NCBI RefSeq assembly: GCF_006345805.1
Contig: NC_042997.1
Location: 69,254,001-69,318,000, forward strand
Origin: Octopus sinensis
Lineage: Eukaryota
Length of the DNA: 64,000 nt
Reading direction: 5' to 3'
A program made the translations under genes and the position numbers. The notes below the pieces were generated by a model. It had not been told where the DNA came from and did no database searches. It was given only the letters and a program-made list of their open reading frames with translations. Positions 27,501-38,922 of the stretch are shown in pieces; position 1 is the first letter of the stretch; each line of letters opens with the position of its first letter.

Positions 27501-28530
27501 GTTGGGTGTTAGCAATGGCACTATAGCTGTAGTTATGAGGGTTTGTTTTGTTATGGTGGTCAGCTGGTGTATTGGGTTTATATGTAAGGAGTTGGGGTTA
27601 TGTTGAATTAATTTATTAGGGCGGGGGTTAGCCGTTAGTGGATTTCGGAGTTACTTGTCAAGATGTCGGTTAACTGCGGCAATATCAGTGGTGGCAGTGG
27701 AGTAGGATAACTTTATAGATTTGGAGTTAAATATTTTTCTAAGGGGGTTAGATTTAGGGAAATGTTTTTCGAATAGGGCGAAGAATAGTTTGGGTACTCA
27801 AGTCTGGACGTTCAGGGCGAAGTAAGTGGCGGAACCATATGACATCTTGAGTTCTTGTTCGTTTAATAAGGTTGGAGGTGGGGTTACTTTGGAGGAGATA
27901 GGGTTTTGGAGGTCTATGATGGTATCTGTTTTGGGTAGTGGTGTATATAGGATTAGGGGTTATTTGGTAGGTGGTCGCTTGTTATGTTAATTTCTACTCC
28001 AATGTTTGGGTGGGTATTGGGAGTGGGGTGAGGTAGGGGGTTAGGTTTATCATAATGGGACTGGGAACTGTTTTTTGCTCTGGGTTTAGTTGAGAGAGGG
28101 ATGTCCCACATGGGGATGTATTCAGTTGAACATTTATATATGGCACGTTGTAAGGCACAATTGTAGCATTCAGCATATTGATCGAATAGGTCTTGACCAG
28201 CAGATAATGAGGAGATCCGGTGGGACACGTTTTCTACAATAAATTTTAGACGGAGGTGGGGGGAGGTTGGAGGAGAAGTTCATGTAGTGGGGGGTTTCTC
28301 CAGGTTTGTGATATAGATAGGTTCGGTTTTGTAAGTCCAGGGTGACGTCTAAGAAACTGGCGGTTTTGACGTTGTTGCAGGAAGTGATGCTGAGACCAAC
28401 GTTGTTAAAGAAGCTTCTTAATCTTTTAGTTTGTTCGATTGTCCGGTTACTAGAATTTTGGATAGTGAAGAGCGCGTAATCTCTGTATAGATCACTGGAG
28501 ATGTTGGGAAATTGTTCATGAGTATTTAGC
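24560..28530 (-). mobile_element. Penelope-like element (RT, linker, GIY-YIG) split by a CR1 insertion
   Basis: RT: LYRDY(D)AL, ASFLDVTLDL, RISSLSA, KHFPKSNPLRKIFNSKSIKLSYS (27430-28530). GIY-YIG: PLNNCCLTRNIVYMCTV..YIYIGS (24600-24830). The frame is continuous across the CR1 once it is removed. Confidence 0.8.
24966..27425 (+). mobile_element. 5'-truncated CR1-type LINE (APE C-terminus plus RT), decayed
   Basis: NTLDLVL..SDHDMV (APE), NYCPISITSHIIKVFEK, VIYLDFSKAF, SGVPQSAVLGP, FADDSKL, VRPLLEYC; 3' tandem tail (TTATCAAAG)2; 7-bp TSD GTATGAT at 24959-24965 and 27426-27432. Confidence 0.9.
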
Positions 28531-28539
28531 TTTTACCGA

Positions 28540-28730
28540 ACGACCTGCACAAATCATTTGTTTATAGTGTCTGAACAAGTGCACGGTGTACCACACGTCA
28601 GGTGTCGAAGTGATCGAACGTCAACGTGAGATGAAGTGATTTACTCAAGAACATAACACACCACTTGGTCTAGGAACTGAAACCACGATCTTGCAATCAT
28701 GAGTGCAAGGCCCTAACCACTAGGTCATGT
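28540..28730 (-). mobile_element. tRNA-derived SINE, decayed
   Basis: Head ACATGACCTAGTGGTTAGGGCCTTGCACTCATGATTGCAAGATCGTGGTTTCAGTTCC; body similar to 22215-22500. Confidence 0.6.
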
Positions 28731-28786
28731 GTCCTCACGAACATATATCTATCTATATACATATATTTACATATATACATGCATGT

Positions 28787-28822
<36 letters not shown>

Positions 28823-29142
28823 CGTGTGTGTATGTATGTGTGTGTGTGTATGTGTGTGTGTGTGTATGTGTGTGTGCGTGGATTTAAAGAATTGAAATCA
28901 GCGTTTTGAAACCAAGGGGAATAATTATTTAATTTATATGTTGCATTTCCCATCCAGTACGTATAAGATGAGTAATTCCTGGCCGTTTGTAAAGAAATTA
29001 ACAACTATATCACATTGGCGTTAACTGGAGTTTGTACGCACACAAGCCCATAGATACATATATTTACATATATGCATCTCACTCTCTCCCTCTCCTGCTC
29101 TCTCTCTCCAAACACACACACATACATGCGCAAAACAAGCAT

Positions 29143-29279
<137 letters not shown>

Positions 29280-29989
29280 TCCGAAACAAACAAATGAACT
29301 GTAAGTCAATTTTAAAAAGGAAAATGAAAAGGCGATAGAGACGTCGAAGACCAAGCACTTAAAAGACGAAAGAAAATCACGAAATAAAAAAAAATTCAGA
29401 CGAAAAATATGAAAAAAAATGTCCTACGAGAGTATTGGCGAATAAGGAACGATTAAATATTTAAACTATCATGAAGTACACAACAATAGAAATATCAAAA
29501 AATCAAATACTAATTCTTGATTAGCCAACCGGAAAGTTGATGCTTTAGACGGTCATGGTTAATTTGTAAGGATTTCATCTAGCTATATTAAGAAGAGGAA
29601 GAGTGCAATTAACGATCAAGAAATATTGAGGAACAAAAAATATAATATAAAAAATAAGGGACAGTAAGCGTTCTGAACTAGTGAGGAATGGATGATGGAC
29701 GAGTGGTAATGTGTGATAACGAGTGATAATGGACGAGTGGTAAAGACAAGGACAATGACTTTGACGTTACCAGTGTTTATTGATACTATTATAGTAGACT
29801 TGGCATGGAGCTTGGCCCAAAATGCGTTTGGCGCGGGGTCATCGCTGTTTTCCTTTCATAATTCTTTTATGTTTGTTTCTTTTAAATATTTTGTTATTCA
29901 TTTTTCTTTATATATATGACTTAGAGAATTTAGATTTCGATTTTTCTTCAATAATTAAACTATTAATGCAATACTTCTGTATTTATCAA

Positions 29990-30125
29990 ATTCCGCCGAT
30001 GTCGACTTTGCCTTTCATCCTTTCGGGGTGGATGGATTAAGTACCAGTTGCGTACTGTGGTCGATCTAATCGACTGGCACCCTCCCCAAAACTTTGGAGC
30101 CTTGTGCCTAGCGTAGAAAAGAATA
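29990..30125 (+). mobile_element. SINE family B fragment
   Basis: GCCGATGTCGACTTTGCCTTTCATCCTTTCGGGGT..TAAGTACCAGTTGCGTACTG core and GTAGAAAAGAATAAT tail. Confidence 0.8.
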
Positions 30126-30212
30126 ATTCTGTATTTATTTAAATATTTACTAGCTGAAACTATTTGACGGCTGGTACTTATGAAATAAGATAGCCTTAAT
30201 GGTTCCCTCCTC

Positions 30213-30731
30213 CTTTTCTATTTAACACCGTGACTGAGAGGCTAAATAAAGAGGAGGCAGTGTGTGTATCAGCGTGTGGGGTAGAAACACTTCAAGTCTC
30301 ATACTACTCTAGACATCGAGTAACAAATACAAAATTACAATATGATAATTTACTAATTATTCCTGATTAATCGCTTCTGTAATTTCGAGTTACAGAATTA
30401 GATAAATTTCTTTCAGTAAGACTTAACTTTTGATTTTTTTTTCTCATTGTGTTTTATCCAACGTTTTCATTTATTTTAGTAGTTCTAAGAGATTAATTTT
30501 GCATTCTGTTGGCATTAGTGAAAGAAATTTATGTAATTCTGCAACTCGAAATTACAGAAGAAGCTAACCAGGAGTATTTAGTAAATTAACATATTGCAAT
30601 TTTGTATTTGTTACACGATGTCTAGAGTAGTCTGAGACCTGAAATGTTTCTTCTAAGCGATGCCCCACACGCTGATACACACACTGCCTCCTCTCTATTT
30701 AGCCTCTCAGCCACTGTGTTAAATAGAAAAG
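30213..30731. repeat. 519-bp palindromic element (arms about 205 bp, spacer about 95 bp)
   Basis: CTTTTCTATTTAACACCGTGACTGAGAGGCTAAAT..GGCAGTGTGTGTATCAGCGTGTGGGG mirrors CCCCACACGCTGATACACACACTGCC..ATTTAGCCTCTCAGCCACTGTGTTAAATAGAAAAG. Pairing continues inward to TTTCTTTCAGTAA / TTAGTGAAAGAAA. Confidence 0.85.
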
Positions 30732-32659
30732 AAATAATTTATTCATGGGTATCGCTTATAAACCCACTTGTCTAGGGCTACTGTATGGTTAAACAACGAC
30801 ACGATAATCATTTTCAACCAAACCAACTGCAACAACAACCACTCTGTTTTCTTTCCAGTACTCTTGAAAGGTGATCGTAAAGATTTAACTTCATCGAATT
30901 GTTGCCGGTAGCAATTTGATTGGCAGTGTAGGAAGAATATTTTGGAATTCCTGCTATGACCAATTTGTTTTTCATGGCAAATTTTGTTGTTGAAACATTC
31001 TCGAACATTCTTGTGTACTAAAACTACATCTAAAAATAAACGGTTAATATTTTAAAAAACAGCACGCCCCAATCCCAACGTTTGAGCGATTGCAGTTCGA
31101 TGAAGTGAAAGTGATACATTATCAACCACAATATCTTTCTTTTGATCCATAACACTTCAGTATTTTCTCTTTACACACCTTTTCCCTTACTTCCGTTCTT
31201 TCTTTCAGTCTCTCTCATTCACGTTCTCTCTCACATTCATATATATCTTTTATCTCTTTTCTTTCGGTCATTCTTTAAACCTATTTCCTCGTCGTTTTTG
31301 TTTTTCCTCTTCCTTAATTTTAAGTTGCAGTTTCTTTTACCATTGCTCTACGTAAGTTCTCTCCTTCCCTCTTTCTCTCTCTCTCCTCTCTTTTAAGCAT
31401 TTTTTATCAGCTATGATCATATACACCTATCTGAACTATAGCAGAATTACTATTTAGGTGACATCAATGAATACATTAACTACTGGATAAGTATCCTTAA
31501 GTAGAGATTATTTGCCAACATAACATGGCAGTCCGGGTTTAGGACGAATGTTGCTGTAATTTAGCCCCAGGAGACATCGTCTCCACCTGGCTATACGACA
31601 CGATCTGTGTCCTTATATTTTTGAACAAGGGAATCTAACACCCCCACTCAGCTCAAAACAATATCTGTGTATAGCGATTTCCGGGCTATTTCACTTCATC
31701 AGAACAGAATAATTGTTCGGCAAGAGGTGACTTTTTTATTACGATAAGTATTATCATACATAGAGGGGACAAAACCTGAAAATACAAATATATATATATA
31801 TATATATTGGTGTCAAATCAGTGACAGAAAAAATATCCGAATAATTTGTTGATGACAATCCCACAGAAGAAGGAAAGGAAAAAATATAAATGAGTATTAA
31901 AAAACAGAATTGACAGGAAAAAAAGTCCAAAGTGAAAATAAAAATAGTTGGAGTCGTATGTCTATTCGTATCATGACCGTAGTCAACTTAGTGATAGTAT
32001 ATTCATTGTCGGGGCAGTTATCGAACTAGTTCGAAAATGAAATTGTATGAATGGCAATCTGTTTCTTTTTCTCAACACTTTCGGAAGACGAAATAACCTT
32101 AATTAGATCTCATCAACAAAGCATAACCTCCATTGTAATTGTTGAAGCAGAGATGAAAATTTCCCAATGTAAATGTGCAATATGTATAAGAGTGTTATGC
32201 TATTTCAAAGAAGCTTATGTCTAGTTAGTCGGTCAGTGAGTCTGTCATTCTGGAAGTTATACTTTAATGAATAAGAATATTGAATTTAAATATGGCAACA
32301 TTTAATTAACTCAATAAAATCGTTACAAGCTGATAGTGACCGTTAAATTGTAATGAAATATAATTAGGTGGTGGTTAATATCTCAGACAAGCATGAGTAT
32401 ATAAAACAATTATCATGTACACAATCAAAGCATAATCAGTACATTCACTATTGCTCTCATCGAACAATGTCTGTGTAAGAAAATATTGATTATTAATAAC
32501 AAAAAGAATAAAAACAAATTATACTTTAATTTAGTTTTCTCTGCATTTTTCCGGTATCATGTTTCTCTCAGTATTTATTTGTTTATTTTTCTATTTTATG
32601 AAATGAGTTTTATATTTTGATCAATTTTCTAATAGATAGATGAACATTTTGATTTGGTA

Positions 32660-32850
32660 TATCATCATCATCTAACGTCCATTTTCCATGTTGGCATTGA
32701 TTGAACGGTTTAGCAGAACATGATGGGCCATAGAGCTGCGTCAGGCTACAATGTTAACGTTGGGGTGGTTTCTACCGCAGGATGACCTTCCTAACGCCAA
32801 CCAATTTATAGAGTGTACTGAGTGTTATTTCAGGACAACAGCTAAGGGAG
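32660..32850 (-). mobile_element. RTE-type 3' end or RTE-tailed SINE
   Basis: Plus-strand CATCATCATCTAACGTCCATTTTCCATG...GGATGACCTTCCTAACGCCAACC, i.e. a (GAT)n tail on the minus strand. Confidence 0.55.
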
Positions 32851-33399
32851 GTCATCAAGTAGCTTGCATGACAAAGAAAAGAAAAGGAAAAGGCTGCCTA
32901 GATTGAGAGGGTGTGTATTCCAGAAATGAAGAGGTGGTTTAAGTCACGTCTTCATGGCTAAATTATGATAGGGCAGACACAAGTGTCTGGCTATAGAGGA
33001 GATGCATGGCTACCTCGCAGTATATGAATATACGTGAGAGTAGCTGGAAAAAAGATAAATATAGCAGTGATGGATGCCAGAGCCCACTTTCAAGGTACAA
33101 GAAAGTGAGTTTAAAGGAAACTGTAGGAAGTGTATCAGCGGGAGAGGCAAGGGTAGGTAATTCCATAACAGTGTAAGAGGAGACTGATACCTGGTAAGAG
33201 AGAGGAGTAAAGATGTGAGTAGTTACTGATAAACGGGTAGAAATATGGTTGATGTTAAATATCAGTATGAGACAGAAGTGTCTGATGAAGGAGGAGGTGA
33301 TAAGTAGCTGCACAAGAGGTGTAGCGAACAAGAGGTGTTGACGCATTAACTAAAATGAGGCAGCAATTACATAAAAATAAACAAGGAATTGAAAGAAAA

Positions 33400-34510
33400 T
33401 GAATGCAACTGCATTGAGTGCAGTGAACATTCAGTCCAATGGACATTCAGTGAAATAAGCCGAGGTTGAAACAAACATTGAATGTGGTAAATACTGACTG
33501 TAATGATGATTTAAAACAAGGAACACCGTAAGTAATGATCATTGATTGCAATGACCACTCAATGTAATGAACATTGAGAGAAATGAGGTTGAATGGAATA
33601 TACATCTATTGCAATGATCAATGAAATCAACACTGGTAAAGGGTATCAAGTACAATGAATGTTGAATGGAATGAAAAGTGGCTGGATTGAACAGTGAACA
33701 AGACGAACGTCGAGCAAGGAACGTTCATTTCAATGAATATGAATAGTCATAAACAAGGATTGCAATGTAAATTAGTGGCCGGCAATCTTTATAGAAATAA
33801 ATATTATACATATTGAATGCAGAGGACTTCTCGAAGGAATTAGCAATGATAATATTGATAAATACAATGTTATGAAACTTGTACAATCAAGGAATATTGA
33901 TTGAAATGAAGACTGCAATGAACCTTGAATGCTCTGAAGGCTAACTGCAATGGATGTGGGTAGCAATAATAGAAGTCAATGAACATGTGTTATAATTAAC
34001 ATTTATTATTATGCTGATTGCAATAAACCATAACTCTTGTGATATTTGATTGTAGTGAACATTTAATGCAATGAGTATTGATATTAATGAATTTTGAAAT
34101 GAATTAATATTGTTTGAAATAAAGACGAACCGTAATGTACATAGAATACTATGATCACTAATTACAGTAATCATCTATTACATTGAACATTGAAGTATAA
34201 ATGGATTGCAATGCATATTTGGCGAATCACTCATCGAACACAATGAACATTTGATAAACACTTTATGCGACGAATATTAAATGAAATAGAACATTGAATG
34301 CAATGAAAAATGATTTTATTGACACAATAGTGAACAATAAATTTAATGAAAATTAACTCTAATGAACAATCCAATAAAACGAAGATTGAATGTTATGAAC
34401 ATCGAATATAATAAACATTTTATTGTTATAAATATTAAGTGAAATAAAAAATGAAGGTAATGAGCATTGGTTACAACGAACATTTGAACTCAAACATTTG
34501 AATACAATAG
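33400..34510. repeat. Cryptic degenerate satellite built from AATGAACATT / ATTGCAATGA / GAAT motifs
   Basis: Recurrent motifs across about 1.1 kb with no fixed period visible by eye. Confidence 0.55.
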
Positions 34511-35896
34511 GTACATTTTTGTTCTATTAATGAAATCATAAATTTGAGAGTATTTACTTTCAATAGTGTTTTACAAAAGATAAAATATATCTACAGTAAT
34601 TCAAAAACAGTAAGTAGCAGTCAAGATTTGGATTAAAGCTCGGTCACCATTCTTCTCATCACCATTTTCAGAAATTGACCATTACATAGTTACTGAATGC
34701 ATACACTCTCAGTTTTTGTATACTTTGAAAACTGTCATATATAAGTTATATATCATTAGTATGTAAAGGGTTGCAATAGTGTATAAATTAGTATGTATTT
34801 TGTTATCTTAAAATTCTCATTGATATATTTCTGTACCTGATTTAAATAGCATTTTTACGTCTTCCAGTTAATCTCCAGTGTCTTGAAATTTGCATGTATA
34901 GCATGAGTTCTATATCGCAGTAATAGCTTCAATAGAACAAAACATCAAGAGCAGCAAATACAAAAATGAAGGGTCGATGTGGAAGCCTTCATATGGTTGC
35001 TTGATTTGTTAAAAATAGCGACCGAATCTTCCTCAAATAATCCCCGCAATTATCAAAAACGAAAGACACGGTATATAATCTAGTCGTACTTAAGTTATGC
35101 CTGAGATGGATATAGTTGAAAAGACTTAGGGGCAGGTCTACTCGATAAAGTTTAATCTGGGACTAAACAGCAGAAACGAGAGATAGCAAAAAACAACTAC
35201 ACCGCATCGATAACAACAGAAAGGAAGTTACCAAAACGTAGTAAAAAATATTAACAAAAGAAAAACAAAGAAAACACAGACAAAACGCTAGAATGATTAA
35301 GGATGTTGATATCGATAAATAGAGAGAAAGTTTTGGAAAGTTAAAAGAGAAAACCCCAAGAAATGTAGATGAAAAAATCCATTTAACAGAGGTTGACAAG
35401 ATGTTTATTGTATAAATATTAAGAATACCACCTTTACACAGCGTGTCTAGCCACATAGTCATACACATGGAGATGATGTAATAAATGCACAAGGCACTGC
35501 AGCAGTAAAGTGCTACGGAGTAAAGTGTGAAACCAAAGCCCAAAACTAGCAATGAAATTAACCCTACATTTCGATGAATTTAAAGCAAATAGACGACCGA
35601 CAAGATACATCACTACATATAATCAGTTTTGTAAGCACGCGTCAACTGATGAATGTAGTAATTTTACAAGTCTAGGGCGTGTATATAAAAATGCTCTCTC
35701 TATTAGTTTTGGATTTCCTTTATTCTGTCATCACTGACTTACATTTAGACAGATAATTTTTTTGCTATTTATTCTGATAGATTCTATGTCACTATATATA
35801 TGTATATATAGTAACTAGAATTACTATGAATGCGAATAAAAATCCAAATTGAGGGAGTGGAACGGGCAAAATCCAGGGTACACATTTAATAGATAG

Positions 35897-35948
<52 letters not shown>

Positions 35949-35949
35949 T

Positions 35950-36019
<70 letters not shown>

Positions 36020-36034
36020 GATAGATAGATAGAT

Positions 36035-36074
<40 letters not shown>

Positions 36075-36635
36075 GTCATGTATACGCTAATATCGAACAA
36101 AGAGAGCGAATTCTCAACACCGCATTGCTAGATAAGTCGTCTTCAATTGTGGGTTAACAAGGTTGCCATTGGTTTCATGCTGCTTTCACTATTCTTTGTT
36201 CGCGACTTTTCTGTAAAATATTAATATCACTTTCACTTCAAGTCTGTCATGCAAAACGTTGACACTCCTCTCTATTCGATGAGAATATACCAAGCTACAT
36301 GACATTATGGGATTTTGAAATAAATAAATTAATTAATAAACAAATAAATAAATATACAGGCCATGGGAAGTAACTTATAAGAGAAAGAAAAATCCTAATC
36401 ATTGTCTCTCTTGCATTACCTCTGGATTCTTCCTGAAAAGCTATGTTCACCATGAATCAATTCCTTAATCATTTTATGTGATAACGCTCATCCACGCCCA
36501 AATTTATAAATATAAATACATATGAATGTGCGCATGCATATCCATACAAAATACGTGCATACATATTCGCTCACTAACACACAAACAAATATACATACAT
36601 ACATATTCATAAACATATATATATATATTCTTTTA

Positions 36636-36846
36636 CCTGTTTTAGTCATTTTGACTGTGGCCATGGTGGATCACGGCCTTTTAGTCGAAGAATTCGATCC
36701 ACGGACTTATTCTTTGTAAGCCTGGTACTTAATCTATCGATCTCTTCTGCCGATCCGCAAAGTTACGGGGGATGTAAACACACCATCGGTTTTCAAGTGA
36801 TGATGATGGGTGAGGACAAACAATCACAAATACGCACATATATATA

Positions 36847-36914
<68 letters not shown>

Positions 36915-36938
36915 CATATATATATATATATATATAAT

Positions 36939-36981
<43 letters not shown>

Positions 36982-37358
36982 AAACACTCCGTCGGTTACG
37001 ACGACGAGGGTTCCGGTTGATCCGAATCAACGGAACAGCCTGCTCGTGAAATTAACGTGTAAGTGGCTGAGCACTCCACTGACACGTGTACCCTTAACGT
37101 AGTTCTCGGGGATATTCAGCGTGACACAGAGAGTGACAAGGCTGGCCCTTTGAAATACAGGTGCAACAGAAACAGGAAGTAAGTTGTGGTGAAAGAGTAC
37201 AGCAGAGATCACCACCATCCCTGCCGGAGCCTCGTGGAGCTTTTAGGTGTTTTCGCTCAAAAAACACTCACAACGCCCGGTCTGGCAATCGAAACCGCGA
37301 TCCTATGACCGTGAGTCCGCTGCCTTAACCACTGGGCCATTGCGCCTCCACATATATA

Positions 37359-37402
<44 letters not shown>

Positions 37403-37520
37403 ATGTATGTATGTAGTATGTATGTATGTATGTACGCATATATACGATGGGTTTTTTTCAGTTTGCGTCTACCAAATCTACTTATAAAGTTTTGGGCTGC
37501 CTGAGCTGCCACAAAGTGGG
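36636..37520 (-). mobile_element. SINE family A copy interrupted in its internal (TA)n by a family C SINE
   Basis: A tail at 36636-36830, then (TA)n, C element, (TA)n, then the A body resumes at 37440-37520 (GGGTTTTTTTCAGTTTGCGTCTACCAAATC). Confidence 0.65.
36988..37350 (-). mobile_element. SINE family C (tRNA-like head), near complete
   Basis: Head TGGAGGCGCAATGGCCCAGTGGTTAAGGCAGCGGACTCACGGTCATAGGATCGCGGTTTCGATTGCCAGACCGGG with A- and B-box-like motifs; tail ..CCTCGTCGTCGTAACCGACGG. Confidence 0.8.
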
Positions 37521-37576
37521 AGTGAACCTAGAATCCTGCGCCTATCTATCTATCTATCTATCTATCTATTTATTTA

Positions 37577-37611
<35 letters not shown>

Positions 37612-37734
37612 GTATGTATATATATATATTATTATTATTATGGTTGCCCCCTCGTTATCGAGTATGGCCATTGCACGAAGCTTAACTGTTATTGGTGCTG
37701 TTGTCAATGTCTTGGCAACTAAAACCTTTACTGG

Positions 37735-38005
37735 TAATAGCCAGTTGTAGTTGTAACTGCTGTAGTTGTAACTGATGTAGTTGTAACTGCCGAATTACAC
37801 TCTCTTCCACATGCCCGACAGATATAATTAGTATGGTGTGTTACACCAACACCAGTGGCCAGGTTGTCACTCATCTGTCTCGTTTTATGACTACGCAGAT
37901 GACTCATGAGTCCAGGTTTACTGAGGCAGGGTCTTGCACAGACATTGCATGTCAGAATCAAAGGAAGACCCTTCCCTTCTGGAAGTGTAACAGCGATGCT
38001 CTTCC
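37735..38005 (-). mobile_element. RTE-like LINE 3' end with C2H2-type zinc-finger remnant
   Basis: LTCNVCARPCLSKPGLMSHLRSH...YICRACGREC. Confidence 0.55.
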
Positions 38006-38790
38006 TATACATACATGCATACATACTTATATATACACAAACACTGCGTCATCAGTTTTGTTCATGCTTGTGTAAATACACATTTTGTGGCGTTACGAAT
38101 AGACTGATGTTAATTTTCGTCTATGCAGTTGTTAGGTTATATAGCTGTTAATTCATAAGTTTGTGCTTGCGTGTATTTCGTGACACATGTAACGCCATGC
38201 ATATGTGCAATACACATACATCTGTGTAATGAGGGGCATGTGTCTTTTATGAATATTGTTCATATAACGCATAGAAATTATGTCCTGGGAAAAAAAACTT
38301 ATCCATGTTGGATGGGTGGCAAAGTGGGTGGAAGGTCATACTTGAAATTTCGAAGTATGCATTCGTTGCTTGTGTATGCAGGGGCGTAGGTTTCCTCTTT
38401 AATGTTTAAAACGGTCACTTATGTTATGGTATTTAGTTTTTCAGTAATAAACAAGTCTGATTTGCTACCCCATCCACAGCATTTGCTGAGCTTACCTGTA
38501 ATGTGTCACCTTATATAGGGGTTGCTCACACCTCACTCTTTGTCCGTACTATATTGGGCAAAAGATCTTCAATAGAAATTAGGTTTAAATTAATTATAGC
38601 TGCTTCTCAAACTTAGGGTCAATTATTTTCAACCAGAATAAAAAATAACAGCATTAAAGAACATCTCACAAACATCCTGTAATTCTAGATCGAGTACCAA
38701 CGCCTCATTGTGGTAGGCTTGATAATTGTTCTCTTGGGATGAAACAAATGATTGTCTTGTTAACCCCAAAATAAAGTATCTATCTGTCTG

Positions 38791-38922
<132 letters not shown>

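Noticed and set aside
30814-31008. 64-aa minus-strand ORF ending SGCCCSWFG
   Set aside because: No recognisable homology or supported splice context; the length is within chance expectation.
35160-35560. Possible Penelope or LINE coding remnant (similar strand-biased tracts at 8950-9660, 17290-17545, 32860-33350 and 54260-54720)
   Set aside because: Only faint motif echoes; family and boundaries cannot be supported by eye.
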